This document shows, piece by piece, positions 1-8,943 of a DNA stretch of 64,000 bases; positions within the stretch are counted from its first letter, which is position 1; each line of letters opens with the position of its first letter. The notes beneath the pieces were generated by a model that saw only the letters and a program-made list of their open reading frames with translations, ran no database searches and had not been told where the DNA came from. The translations under genes were made by a program, and so were the position numbers. The stretch is from IMG/VR virus record IMGVR_UViG_3300020122_000238, positions 186,001 through 250,000 of that record, one strand, 5' to 3'.

Positions 1-66
1 TCTCGACCCTCTCGTGATAGCGAGACTCGCAGGTCGACGGCGCCTCATCCTCAAAATCCTCGAAAT

Positions 67-435
67 TCATGGCTTATCCTCCGGAATCACAGACAACACG
101 AGGGAGAGGGCGCCCAAGGCTTCGTTGGCTCTCTCTGCTTGCTTGACGGAATCCGCGAGGAGCTTCTCCTGGTGTTCCACCACCTTCTTCCGGAAGGCGG
201 GGAGAAGCGCTTGTGCCGCCTCATCGAGGGTCTTGCCCGTCCCCATGATGAAAAGGTTCGGCACGCTCTTGTCTCCGAAGGATTGGGATTGGGTGTCGAT
301 CATGTCGATGTGGACATTGCCCACATTCCCAGCGGGGACTTCCGTCAGGATCTTCACCCTGAACGTGAACAGGGATTGCGGCCGAAGAACCAACGCTTGA
401 GCAGCAAGAAGCCTGAAAATCTCTTCTAAAACCAT
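67..435 (-). CDS. hypothetical protein
   Basis: 122-aa ORF with natural composition; divergent from the HNH gene. Confidence 0.6.
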   Translation of the reverse strand: MVLEEIFRLLAAQALVLRPQSLFTFRVKILTEVPAGNVGNVHIDMIDTQSQSFGDKSVPNLFIMGTGKTLDEAAQALLPAFRKKVVEHQEKLLADSVKQAERANEALGALSLVLSVIPEDKP

Positions 436-823
436 GGCTGACCCTTACACCAATCGTCGCTGGGAACGCGCTCAGAGACGTAGAAAACTACGCGAAAAGG
501 CTGTCTCGTATCTTGGGGGTCGCTGTATGAATCCCAAATGTGGGTACGACCGCTGTATCACGGCGTTCGACTTCCATCACGTGGATGCCCGAGAGAAGGA
601 CTTCACCATCTCGGACCGGATGACCTCCTGGAAGGTGATCCGGTCCGAGCTAGATAGGTGCGTGCTTCTCTGCGCAAATTGCCATCGGGAAGTCCACGAT
701 GGACTTCTACCCGGCTTTCTTGCCGACGATGCTGACAGAGGATTCGATCTTGACGGGCCCGATTTTGATGATCCAACCCTCGGGGAGGACGATGTTCCGG
801 ATCTGCTTGAGGATAGCGCCTAA
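434..823 (+). CDS. HNH endonuclease with acidic tail
   Basis: GGRC..CGY...FDFHH and CVLLCANCHREVH motifs. Confidence 0.8.
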   Translation: MADPYTNRRWERAQRRRKLREKAVSYLGGRCMNPKCGYDRCITAFDFHHVDAREKDFTISDRMTSWKVIRSELDRCVLLCANCHREVHDGLLPGFLADDADRGFDLDGPDFDDPTLGEDDVPDLLEDSA

Positions 824-926
824 CTCGGTCGCGGGAGCATCCGGCGGGGCGACAATCTGAATCGTGGCGGTGAGCTTGGTCATGCCGGTAGGATAGAAGG
901 TTGGCCCCCCCAGGCCAACTTTGCGG

Positions 927-1565
927 CTACGGCTTGTCGGAGGTCGGCGGGTAGAAGAAGGGCTCCACGGGCTTCGGAGTGGTTGCCGGTTCCGGAGTGG
1001 GCTCTTCTTTCTCCAGGATCGGGCGATCCTTCACGAGAAGGTCGAGTGCGGCCTCGGTCAGGGCTTCCTGGAAACCCTTCTCGTTCGAGGTCGGGTTGAA
1101 CATGCCGTCGAGGAGGTTCCGGATGCGTTGGGCCTCCTCGTCGATCAGGGTCATGACGCGGGCCGTTGCCGCGTAGAAGTTGTCCTCGGGGATGATTCGC
1201 ATGTATGAACATCCGCCCGGGATCTCGTCCACCGCATTCGGGGTGACCCCCGTCGTGTTGAGGCCCTGCTTGCCTTCGCCGTAGGAACGGCCCGCTCGCG
1301 GCATGCCCTTGTATTCGCTACCAGCGCTGGCGATCGTACCCGTGAAAACGATGGCCCCCAGCTCAGCGATCCAGAAGACCTTGAGCCCCAGAGCGAGAGG
1401 GGTCGACTCCAGGTAGCTGAACAGGGTCCCCATGCTGCGGGACTTCCTGGTCTCGGTGACAAGACCGAGCGGGAGAGCCACTTCTTGGAGGACCCTCGCC
1501 GTGAGCGTGATGGTCTCCGGAATCGTGTTGTTCTGACGGGAGATATTGAATATTTCTCGAAGCAT
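927..1565 (-). CDS. hypothetical protein
   Basis: 212-aa ORF with a Pro-rich C-terminus, in the minus-strand run. Confidence 0.6.
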   Translation of the reverse strand: MLREIFNISRQNNTIPETITLTARVLQEVALPLGLVTETRKSRSMGTLFSYLESTPLALGLKVFWIAELGAIVFTGTIASAGSEYKGMPRAGRSYGEGKQGLNTTGVTPNAVDEIPGGCSYMRIIPEDNFYAATARVMTLIDEEAQRIRNLLDGMFNPTSNEKGFQEALTEAALDLLVKDRPILEKEEPTPEPATTPKPVEPFFYPPTSDKP

Positions 1566-1583
1566 GGGGATGGTCTTTCGGGG

Positions 1584-2120
1584 CTACAGGACGAACTTTT
1601 TGCGAAATGTTCTATCGAACAGCGCGGACTCTTCCGCGGGGGAGCCGTACAGCAATGACATGTTCGAGATGCCAATGGCAGTCGTGGGGTTGATAGCGAG
1701 CTGCCCCACAACATCGGAGAAGCGGCCTTGAATGAAGGTGCATCCGTCGCGAAAGAAGCGAGGGGTTTCTTTCATGATGTCGATCCCCACGTAGTTGATA
1801 CGAGGGTCAAAGAGGACATGCTGCAAGGCCAGGCAACACCCCACGTCGTAGACCGTAAGTCGCTGCTTTTCCCAGCCCATTCTAGCTCCCATCTCTCTGA
1901 TATCGGCTTTCCTCACGAGAAGCTGTGCGAAATTCTCGTAATCCTCAATGAAGCCGAGGAAGCTCATGTCGATTCCGACTGAATCGTCTTCACACACGAG
2001 CTTCTCGACATACTCGATGAAATCTTCTCGGCGGTCGTCTGGGACTCGCCGGAGGAGAAGCTCCATCTGAGACAGCCCCTTTTCAGGAGACATGGGCGGA
2101 CTCGAAGAGGGCCGCCGCAA
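1584..2120 (-). CDS. class I SAM-dependent methyltransferase-like protein
   Basis: VYDVGCC (motif I-like) followed by YVGID; start uncertain. Confidence 0.5.
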   Translation of the reverse strand: MRRPSSSPPMSPEKGLSQMELLLRRVPDDRREDFIEYVEKLVCEDDSVGIDMSFLGFIEDYENFAQLLVRKADIREMGARMGWEKQRLTVYDVGCCLALQHVLFDPRINYVGIDIMKETPRFFRDGCTFIQGRFSDVVGQLAINPTTAIGISNMSLLYGSPAEESALFDRTFRKKFVL

Positions 2121-2379
2121 GACGATGTTTGCAGTGGGCGCCCCGAAGGGTCGAGTCCGGACAGTTGCAGGTCGAGGTGCGGGCGCGACGGTTCACCCGA
2201 ACGATGTAGTCATGGGTGGGCGCGGACTCGACGAAGTAGACGTGGTCACAGCGACCAGGCTTGACGTTGGCGACGAGCGCCTTGGCTCGCTCCATACGGG
2301 GACCAAGGTCGGGATGCTTCGCGCTCCAACGGGCGACGGTGTCGTTCACAGCGGCGGCGGTAGGGGCTTCACGTTTCAT
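2083..2379 (-). CDS. SWIM zinc-finger protein
   Basis: CNCPD..RGAHCKH motif; class I promoter motif 8 nt upstream. Confidence 0.75.
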   Translation of the reverse strand: MKREAPTAAAVNDTVARWSAKHPDLGPRMERAKALVANVKPGRCDHVYFVESAPTHDYIVRVNRRARTSTCNCPDSTLRGAHCKHRLAAALFESAHVS

Positions 2380-2387
2380 GCTTCCTC

Positions 2388-2413
2388 TACAGGATGGGGC
2401 CCGTCTTGATCAA
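2388..2413 (-). promoter_or_regulatory. class I motif TTGATC-N16-TGTA
   Basis: 8 nt upstream of ATG 2379. Confidence 0.75.
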
Positions 2414-2419
2414 CCAGGG

Positions 2420-2653
2420 TCACACGATTCGTTCGAGAGTCCCTGCTTCCAAATCCTGGAGAGCCCGGATGGTCATGTGCCGTACGAGATTGCTGAAGCC
2501 GTCCCCTTGGGAGGCGAACCCGGCGAACCTCAAGACTGCCAGCCATGCGTATTCAACCCTGAACGCGATCGTCTCCCGGACCCAATCGGGCAACCCAGGG
2601 TGATTTTCGTCCAGGAACTTGTTGGTGGCAAGGAGCCGGTCGATCTCAGGCAT
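2420..2653 (-). CDS. hypothetical protein
   Basis: 77-aa ORF in a tightly packed minus-strand run. Confidence 0.55.
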   Translation of the reverse strand: MPEIDRLLATNKFLDENHPGLPDWVRETIAFRVEYAWLAVLRFAGFASQGDGFSNLVRHMTIRALQDLEAGTLERIV

Positions 2654-2657
2654 GGGG

Positions 2658-2924
2658 TCAGATCGTCCCGGGGCGCCACTTCTTCAGCCATATGTCGTAG
2701 AGCTGGTAGCCACCTCCGGCTTTTGGGTATGCCACCTCACACTCAGCGGCACACTGGGTCGCCAGCTTTTGCTCTTCGGGGGTTCCATCCCGCAAGATGT
2801 ACGGGCAGCTCCCACAGCGAGGGTTGAGGGAATGGCTACACCAGTAAGATTCCTTGCAGTTGTCGCGGATGACGATGCGCGCCTGGTTGGGATTGCTCGC
2901 CTTGTAGCCGGGGTACTTGATCAC
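2658..2924 (-). CDS. Cys-rich hypothetical protein
   Basis: 88 aa with several Cys pairs; overlaps the stop of the upstream gene. Confidence 0.6.
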   Translation of the reverse strand: MIKYPGYKASNPNQARIVIRDNCKESYWCSHSLNPRCGSCPYILRDGTPEEQKLATQCAAECEVAYPKAGGGYQLYDIWLKKWRPGTI

Positions 2925-3166
2925 TCGATCACCCTGATCCCGTCGAGGAGCGCGTTGACCTCGGACATCAAGCAGTGCGGATCGGCCGTGCAGATGAGGG
3001 CGTGGGCGAGCAGCCTCGCCCGATGCTGGGCCGTGGCCAGGTTGGCGTTGACGCAGACGTACAGCTCGTAAGGCTTCCCCAGGCCGAGGAGCACGTTGTA
3101 GCCACCGCCGTTCGGAACGCGGGTAATCAGGACTTCGTCACGGGCTGCCTCCAGTTGGGTCGTCAT
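2921..3166 (-). CDS. hypothetical protein
   Basis: 81 aa; promoter motif 8 nt upstream. Confidence 0.65.
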   Translation of the reverse strand: MTTQLEAARDEVLITRVPNGGGYNVLLGLGKPYELYVCVNANLATAQHRARLLAHALICTADPHCLMSEVNALLDGIRVIE

Positions 3167-3174
3167 GAGGGACC

Positions 3175-3201
3175 TACAGAGGGACGGGGTGGGGTGATCA
3201 A
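3175..3201 (-). promoter_or_regulatory. class I motif TTGATC-N17-TGTA
   Basis: 8 nt upstream of ATG 3166; its TGA is the stop of ORF 3198..3632. Confidence 0.7.
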
Positions 3202-3632
3202 CCCTGATTCTCCTCTGTGATGAGACGGTGAACCCGGCGGAGCAGGATCCGCTTCCACTCGACCTTCTCTGGAGTCAGGTGCGACGGAAGCGGGCAGTCA
3301 GGCGAGAGGATGTTGGGGATCCTACCCTCGTGCTCCTTCATCGCGTCCTGGAGCCGCCGAGCGGTGGATTCCCAGTACGAGATCATGGTCTTGACCTTGT
3401 TCGCCTCCTTCTTCAGATCCTCCTTCCCTTCGGGGGTGGCCTTGGGGAACTGCGCCGAGAGCTTGTTCAGCTCCGCGCGAGCATCGTCGAGCTTCTGAAT
3501 GGGCTCCCGGAGCTGCAACCCCAGAACAGCGATCTGTTCCACAGCATTCGCCTCATCCGCTCCGAGCCGTCGGAGCATGAGGCACTCCATGATATCGAGG
3601 GGGTGATCAACGATAACGCGGCGAGGGAGCAT
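3198..3632 (-). CDS. stand-alone seryl-tRNA synthetase N-terminal coiled-coil (tRNA-binding arm)-like protein
   Basis: ML....DHP....L..R start, heptad coiled coil (RAELNKLS) and IPNILSPDCP match the SerRS N-domain ending IPNIPHPDVP; no catalytic domain. Confidence 0.7.
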   Translation of the reverse strand: MLPRRVIVDHPLDIMECLMLRRLGADEANAVEQIAVLGLQLREPIQKLDDARAELNKLSAQFPKATPEGKEDLKKEANKVKTMISYWESTARRLQDAMKEHEGRIPNILSPDCPLPSHLTPEKVEWKRILLRRVHRLITEENQG

Positions 3633-3633
3633 T

Positions 3634-3861
3634 TCAGATTACCCTTGTGGTGACGGTGGGCGGGAGGAGCTGACAGACGACCTCGAATTCCTTCTCGCAG
3701 TCGTCGCACTCGGTCGTGAGCGTGAAAACCCCCCGAGAAGGCGTTTTCCCGGATTCGATGTCGAAGTCATCGAAGTAGAGGGAATTGGACGCGCCGCAGT
3801 ACGGGCAGTTCGCCTCTTCAGGCATGCCCAACATGTGAACGAGGTCGAGGTTCAGGCCCAT
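3634..3861 (-). CDS. zinc-ribbon protein
   Basis: CPYCG and CDDCE pairs; GGTGTA 10 nt upstream. Confidence 0.65.
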   Translation of the reverse strand: MGLNLDLVHMLGMPEEANCPYCGASNSLYFDDFDIESGKTPSRGVFTLTTECDDCEKEFEVVCQLLPPTVTTRVI

Positions 3862-3871
3862 GCTCCCTTAG

Positions 3872-3877
3872 TACACC
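3872..3877 (-). promoter_or_regulatory. class II motif GGTGTA
   Basis: 10 nt upstream of ATG 3861. Confidence 0.6.
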
Positions 3878-3944
3878 GTTTTTAGGGTCCCAACCCCAAA
3901 AACGTCCCACGGCCTTGGAAATTCTGGTAATTTTGGCCGCTTTC

Positions 3945-3950
3945 GGTGTA
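3945..3950 (+). promoter_or_regulatory. class II motif GGTGTA
   Basis: 11 nt upstream of ATG 3962. Confidence 0.6.
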
Positions 3951-3961
3951 GGGATCTGCCC

Positions 3962-6289
3962 ATGGTCGACTTCCAAATCTTCTCTCTGCAAGACGAAACC
4001 AACCAGGACCCGCGTTGGATCCTCCAGAAGCATGGCCGCCCCCTTCCTCCGGCCGGCACCAAGGTCCTGAAGTGCAAGGTCCAGATCCCGGTCACGAATG
4101 GCGTCGCCCCTCCGGAAGATGGGGATGAACTCACGGCGTACTGGGTCGAGCAAGAGGAGACCACGACAAGCGCTCTCTCCTTGAACGTCTATGCGTGGGG
4201 AGACTACGTGTTCGTCGGGGATCACCACTATACCGATATCAGCTACCAGATCGGTGGTGTCGAAGATGTCGATCCGTTCGTCGAGATGCAGGTCATCGGA
4301 GTGCCGGAGCATCGGCAAGTCCAAGTCACCGAGCAGTACGAAGCAACTTTCGGCTACAACTCGTACGGAAGCCGTTGGTCGTCAAGGACCGTCTCGCAAC
4401 TGGACACCTACAACGATCGCTACGACTACGAGCTGAAGCGCTACGTGCCCGGCGCCCCGTGGAACTTCTGCAAGATGAAGGTCACGGCGGGATCTGTAAC
4501 ACAGGAGATCAACCTCAAGATCCACCGCCCCGTGGGCGGCACCCTCACGTTGGACAATGGGGGGTTGCATACCAGGCTGGAGTTCAAGGCTTCCCTGAAC
4601 TTCTTCGGGCTGCCGCTGACGTGGACCGAGTCGCTGGTGCTCAACTCCGAGCGGTATGGGGGCGGTCGCGATCAGCAGTGGTCGAAGATGACCGAGCTTC
4701 TGCGTGGATACAAGATCACGGAGGGCGCGGATGCGCTCTGGGCTCGATTCCTCGACGACAATGCGAAGAACGGGGAAGATGTCGCGAAGATCAAGGGCAT
4801 CGAGGGGCGGAAGGGAGTCAAGGAAGTCCTCGCTCGGCTGCGTGCCGAGGAGCCGCTTCTCGCCAGGTTCTATGACTGGCTCCACGAGAGCAAGACCTCT
4901 GGAGGGACCAGCAACAACACCTTGCTGGCGGCCTTCCTGACGAAGCACGGGAAGAACTACGATGAGGTCGTCGCCGGCCTTCGTACGGCCATGGCAGCGG
5001 CCCCGGGGAAGGTGACCATCACCAAAAACTGGCGCGGTCGTCGGGGTGGTGCCCATTCCTACTCGTACGAGCAGCCGATGGGGCGGAGGGAAATCTGCCT
5101 CTCGCTCCCTGGTGCTTCCGAGAAGAACGAGGAGCAGCGCTCGAAGAAGGAATGGAACATGCGCAAGGGCGCACGGAACCAGGCCATCGGCTTGGGCGTG
5201 TCCCCCGAAGGGCATCCGACCCTCCTTGCGGCCATCGAGGGTCAGGAAATCCCGCTCAGCCTCTTCCACAAGCACGGAGACGCTCTGGCTCCCGTGAACA
5301 CCGAGTTCGACCTCTGGGAGATGGCCCTCGTTCAGCCGGGCTGGAGGCCGATCCTCTCCGAGATCGCCCACGATGCGAGCCGGCGGAACAAGTACGAGAA
5401 GGACATCACGCCCTACCTCGCCTTCCTGTTCCGGCTGCCCAACTACCTCGATCGGAACACGGAGCCGGGCGCGGGCTGGAAGACGATGCCCAAGTTCGTG
5501 AAGTCGGAGTACGAGCTGGAGATGAAGGACGAAGAGGCGTCAGAAGCGGGGACCACCAAGCGTCGTTCCGCCATGACCCCCGACGTCAACAACGCCAAGA
5601 GGACCGTCGTGGTTCCCTACGTCGCCATGGCGATCTCGGGCATTCAGACGACCTACTGCTACTCGCTCGACTACCAGGTCTTCGAGACGATGGACATCGA
5701 CCGTCAGTCGAGCACCCCGATCGTCCGTGAGCTGGAGAAGAAGCTCAACGGACGCGACGACTACGGGATGATGTACTTCACGCTGACGGGAACGGCGAGG
5801 AACACGGGTTACCCCGCCTTCCTGATCATCTTCGAACGACGGAAGACCCTCTCGAAAACGCACGTACACTTTCATCGGGTTCACCCGTGCCGTTCGAAGG
5901 ACGGTCGGGCCACGCCGGCATCCAAGCTTATCGAGGAGGGGTACAGGTACATGGCGGGCAACATCCGGGCGGAAGAGATCTTCGCACAGCAGGGCGACCT
6001 CATCTTCATCAAGACGGACCAGAAGATCGAGATCACCGATGCTGTGAAGCCGGTGAAGGAGTTCGAGTCCCATTGCTTCGTCCCGAAACAAGACAAGCCC
6101 GTCCTCCTGGCTCCGAACACGACGAAGATCAAGAACCGGCTGGGTCACCTCATCTGCGAGGGCATCTTCATGGTGAAGCACCCCGAGCACGAGAACATCA
6201 AGGCGATGCCGCCCGGGACGTACGAGGTCCGGCGCTGCAAGAGCTACGAGAACAACCCCACGGGCGTCTGGGTCCTCAACATCGACTGA
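3962..6289 (+). CDS. 775-aa hypothetical protein with a C-terminal QGD...HxEH...PPGxY beta domain
   Basis: strong GC3 bias; QQGDLIFIK...HPEHENI..MPPGTYEVRR resembles a small domain I recall from phage/bacterial hypothetical proteins. Confidence 0.85.
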   Translation: MVDFQIFSLQDETNQDPRWILQKHGRPLPPAGTKVLKCKVQIPVTNGVAPPEDGDELTAYWVEQEETTTSALSLNVYAWGDYVFVGDHHYTDISYQIGGVEDVDPFVEMQVIGVPEHRQVQVTEQYEATFGYNSYGSRWSSRTVSQLDTYNDRYDYELKRYVPGAPWNFCKMKVTAGSVTQEINLKIHRPVGGTLTLDNGGLHTRLEFKASLNFFGLPLTWTESLVLNSERYGGGRDQQWSKMTELLRGYKITEGADALWARFLDDNAKNGEDVAKIKGIEGRKGVKEVLARLRAEEPLLARFYDWLHESKTSGGTSNNTLLAAFLTKHGKNYDEVVAGLRTAMAAAPGKVTITKNWRGRRGGAHSYSYEQPMGRREICLSLPGASEKNEEQRSKKEWNMRKGARNQAIGLGVSPEGHPTLLAAIEGQEIPLSLFHKHGDALAPVNTEFDLWEMALVQPGWRPILSEIAHDASRRNKYEKDITPYLAFLFRLPNYLDRNTEPGAGWKTMPKFVKSEYELEMKDEEASEAGTTKRRSAMTPDVNNAKRTVVVPYVAMAISGIQTTYCYSLDYQVFETMDIDRQSSTPIVRELEKKLNGRDDYGMMYFTLTGTARNTGYPAFLIIFERRKTLSKTHVHFHRVHPCRSKDGRATPASKLIEEGYRYMAGNIRAEEIFAQQGDLIFIKTDQKIEITDAVKPVKEFESHCFVPKQDKPVLLAPNTTKIKNRLGHLICEGIFMVKHPEHENIKAMPPGTYEVRRCKSYENNPTGVWVLNID

Positions 6290-6294
6290 CGACC

Positions 6295-6468
6295 ATGAGC
6301 ATCGAGACGTTATCCGAAACACATGACTTAGGGTTTTGCGTCCGATGTCGAGGGGAAGGATATTTCCCCAAAACAGAGCGAATCTTTCGTTGCCCAGGCT
6401 GTCTCAGAGTTTCCAAGACAGCCTGGAATTACATCGACGCAACCCCTGACGAAGCACAGGACATCTGA
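6295..6468 (+). CDS. small zinc-finger protein (57 aa)
   Basis: CVRC and CPGC pairs; ATG 5 nt after the upstream stop. Confidence 0.5.
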   Translation: MSIETLSETHDLGFCVRCRGEGYFPKTERIFRCPGCLRVSKTAWNYIDATPDEAQDI

Positions 6469-6749
6469 TGCCTCCCCCCAAGCAGCCCTTCGTCATCGAC
6501 ATGCGCCACGACGAAACGGCGGACACGCACTACGGCGTCCGCCAAACCTGGGAAGAGGCGCTCCAGGTCGCCCGGAAGTACTGGGAGGGCTGCGACGGGG
6601 AATACGACGAGACGGCCAAGCAGCCGTTCAAGGCTGGGGAGGGGTACGACCAGCAGATATTCGTCAACATGCGCAAGGGCTCGTACCTGTTTCTCTCCGA
6701 TAGCGGAGGATCGGGCCCTTGCATTCGCATCGAACGTGCAACGAAGTGA
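6468..6749 (+). CDS. hypothetical protein
   Basis: TGATG coupling with the upstream ORF; GC3 bias. Confidence 0.65.
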   Translation: MPPPKQPFVIDMRHDETADTHYGVRQTWEEALQVARKYWEGCDGEYDETAKQPFKAGEGYDQQIFVNMRKGSYLFLSDSGGSGPCIRIERATK

Positions 6750-7001
6750 TTACTTCGCGATAGCCTTCGCGAGGTGCTTCAGGTAGGGACGAACGGGGGC
6801 GTTCGCGAAGTCGATCTTGACGAGCATCGTCTTGATCCCCGCCAGCTCCGTCACGGGGGCCGTCTTCATGACGTCCACGAGGATCCCGATGGTCATGTAG
6901 TTGGTCCCGCTGGGCCCCTCCACTTCGAGGGGCTCTTCGAGAGAGATTTCCTTCTCGCTGAGGAAGGTCTTGAGCCACGTCAGGAAGGTCTTAGTAGTCA
7001 T
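6750..7001 (-). CDS. hypothetical phage-type protein
   Basis: 83 aa; class I motif 8 nt upstream. Confidence 0.7.
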   Translation of the reverse strand: MTTKTFLTWLKTFLSEKEISLEEPLEVEGPSGTNYMTIGILVDVMKTAPVTELAGIKTMLVKIDFANAPVRPYLKHLAKAIAK

Positions 7002-7009
7002 GAAGTCCC

Positions 7010-7035
7010 TACAAATTTAGGGCCGCCCAGATCAA
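7010..7035 (-). promoter_or_regulatory. class I motif TTGATC-N16-TGTA
   Basis: 8 nt upstream of ATG 7001. Confidence 0.75.
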
Positions 7036-7082
7036 CCATGAAGTTGGGGATGTGTAACCCCTAATTCGGTGTAAGAAGGGTC

Positions 7083-7280
7083 ATGCCCAAAAAAGCCGAG
7101 AAGTTCTTCGTCACGACCCTCCAGGTTCAGGGGTCGGGCGAGTACCCCTGGGATATGCTCCGGTACGACATGTGCGGACCGAAGACGGAGGGGGAGAACC
7201 TCCGGGCGCACAAGGGACTCGCCGTCGTGGTCGTGGATTACGGGGTCGTCAAGATCTTCCCGGCGGGGATGACCAAGTGA
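7083..7280 (+). CDS. hypothetical protein
   Basis: 65 aa; GGTGTA at 7068-7073. Confidence 0.55.
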   Translation: MPKKAEKFFVTTLQVQGSGEYPWDMLRYDMCGPKTEGENLRAHKGLAVVVVDYGVVKIFPAGMTK

Positions 7281-7558
7281 GTCGCGAAGCCAAGAAGGCT
7301 CCGGGAGATGCCAAACTCCAGCGGGAGAAGCACCTCAAACGCCAAGCAGCTCAAGACGCCATCAGCGCCCTCAAGCGAGGGGAGACGGTCACGGTTCAGG
7401 CTTCTCACGAGGGCTGCCCCGTAACAGTGACCGTCACGCCTATCCCTGAAGAAGGGGCCTGGGGTGTACACGTTCTCTGTCTCGTCGGACGGCGCCTCCA
7501 GGTGATGTCCGACGAGACAAGGAGGGGCGGAACGTCATGGATCGCTTCGGAAGCCTGA
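7277..7558 (+). CDS. hypothetical protein
   Basis: GTG start overlapping the upstream TGA (GTGA). Confidence 0.5.
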   Translation: MSREAKKAPGDAKLQREKHLKRQAAQDAISALKRGETVTVQASHEGCPVTVTVTPIPEEGAWGVHVLCLVGRRLQVMSDETRRGGTSWIASEA

Positions 7559-7637
7559 CGATCCCCAACGAGCAAATCTACGGAATCGTCACCAAAAATC
7601 CCAACGACGCGTAACGCCCGATTTTCGGAGCTACCCC

Positions 7638-7847
7638 ATGATCGTGAAGTTGCAACGCTCTCTCGTCACACGCGAAAACAAAGAGCAAATGTTCCTCTAC
7701 AACGAGGACCGATCCGTGTGCTACCAGGGGGCCCTCACGTCATCCGTGAGAAAACTGATGAACGGGAAAAACAAGGTACACGTCGAGGCCGACCTCAAGA
7801 ATGGGCTTTCGGTCCTCAACGACATCGTACCGAACCAAGAGTGGTGA
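7638..7847 (+). CDS. hypothetical protein
   Basis: 69-aa ORF with natural composition. Confidence 0.55.
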   Translation: MIVKLQRSLVTRENKEQMFLYNEDRSVCYQGALTSSVRKLMNGKNKVHVEADLKNGLSVLNDIVPNQEW

Positions 7848-7874
7848 AATGATCTCTCTTCGTGTGTGGGTTGG

Positions 7875-7900
7875 TTGATCGGGGGTAGGGTTAATCTGTA
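7875..7900 (+). promoter_or_regulatory. class I motif TTGATC-N16-TGTA
   Basis: 8 nt upstream of ATG 7909. Confidence 0.75.
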
Positions 7901-7908
7901 GAGAAACC

Positions 7909-8277
7909 ATGTACCGAACCGCACCCCTCACCGATCGTACCTTCATGGAAACTCTCGCGTCCGAGATCGCGGAGGTCTTCTACAAGACTTCCCTCGAAAA
8001 CGGTACGCAGGACATCGTCATCACGGGCGTCTCCAGTCCGCGTGGGACGCACCTCCTCCGAGGCTACCCGCGGGACCAGTTCATCAACCTGGTGCTGGGC
8101 CCGAACCCGGACATGGAGAACGTTCCCGAGGAGCTGCGCAAGAGCGCCCTGGAGACGGCCCCGTGCGAGAGCGGCTGTGCCACCTGGATCCTCTTCCAGG
8201 AGGGAAGCCCGCGAGCCCCCATTCAGGTGTCGCTCATGCAGCTTCCGCCGCCCCCGCCCGCGTACTGTGACGCCTGA
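7909..8277 (+). CDS. hypothetical protein
   Basis: 122 aa directly after a class I motif. Confidence 0.7.
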   Translation: MYRTAPLTDRTFMETLASEIAEVFYKTSLENGTQDIVITGVSSPRGTHLLRGYPRDQFINLVLGPNPDMENVPEELRKSALETAPCESGCATWILFQEGSPRAPIQVSLMQLPPPPPAYCDA

Positions 8278-8288
8278 AAGGAATTCCA

Positions 8289-8912
8289 ATGAAAGAGCTT
8301 GCTGCTACTGGAATCTTCGGCTGGGAAGGTGCTGAACGTCGGAGCAATCGCTATGGCGCGATTCACATGTGCTCTGAACCCTATGAGGGGCCGGCTCGCG
8401 CCCTTGCCACACACAGGGGTTGTCTCATGACCTTGCTCGGGAAACGGGTTCATCTGACCGTCAAGGTCATCGAATCCCGCAAGAGCACACATCTGGGGGA
8501 TCAGGGACTTCGCATCTTCCCAATACAACCCGAAACGGGGGAGACGGTCGATCTCGGGGTCGGGTATCTTGGTGTTGAGCCAGGATGGGACGGGACCAAC
8601 GATATCGTGCTGAGGCCCGAGGATGGGCGCACGGTCTTTTGGCTGGACCCCCATAAGATGTACCGTCTCCACGATCAAACCGTCGAGGTTTACATCGAAG
8701 AGACGACCGCCCCATGCTCGCCCGCACCTGAGATCGAGGCGAGCACGGAACAGGAAGCCTTTGACAACGGGGAAGGCAGCTTCCAGCTCAAGAATGTGGC
8801 TGCGGGGGAAGAGATCCGCATCCTCCCCCACGTCGAGGACCTTGGGGGAGGAATGTTCTCCTTCAGCCTTCAGCCCGGCAAGGGCGTCAAGATGAAGGTC
8901 ACGAAGCTCTAG
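8289..8912 (+). CDS. hypothetical protein
   Basis: 207 aa, co-oriented and closely packed. Confidence 0.7.
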   Translation: MKELAATGIFGWEGAERRSNRYGAIHMCSEPYEGPARALATHRGCLMTLLGKRVHLTVKVIESRKSTHLGDQGLRIFPIQPETGETVDLGVGYLGVEPGWDGTNDIVLRPEDGRTVFWLDPHKMYRLHDQTVEVYIEETTAPCSPAPEIEASTEQEAFDNGEGSFQLKNVAAGEEIRILPHVEDLGGGMFSFSLQPGKGVKMKVTKL

Positions 8913-8943
8913 TTTTGGGGGTCTTCCGGTGTACTAGTTGCTC

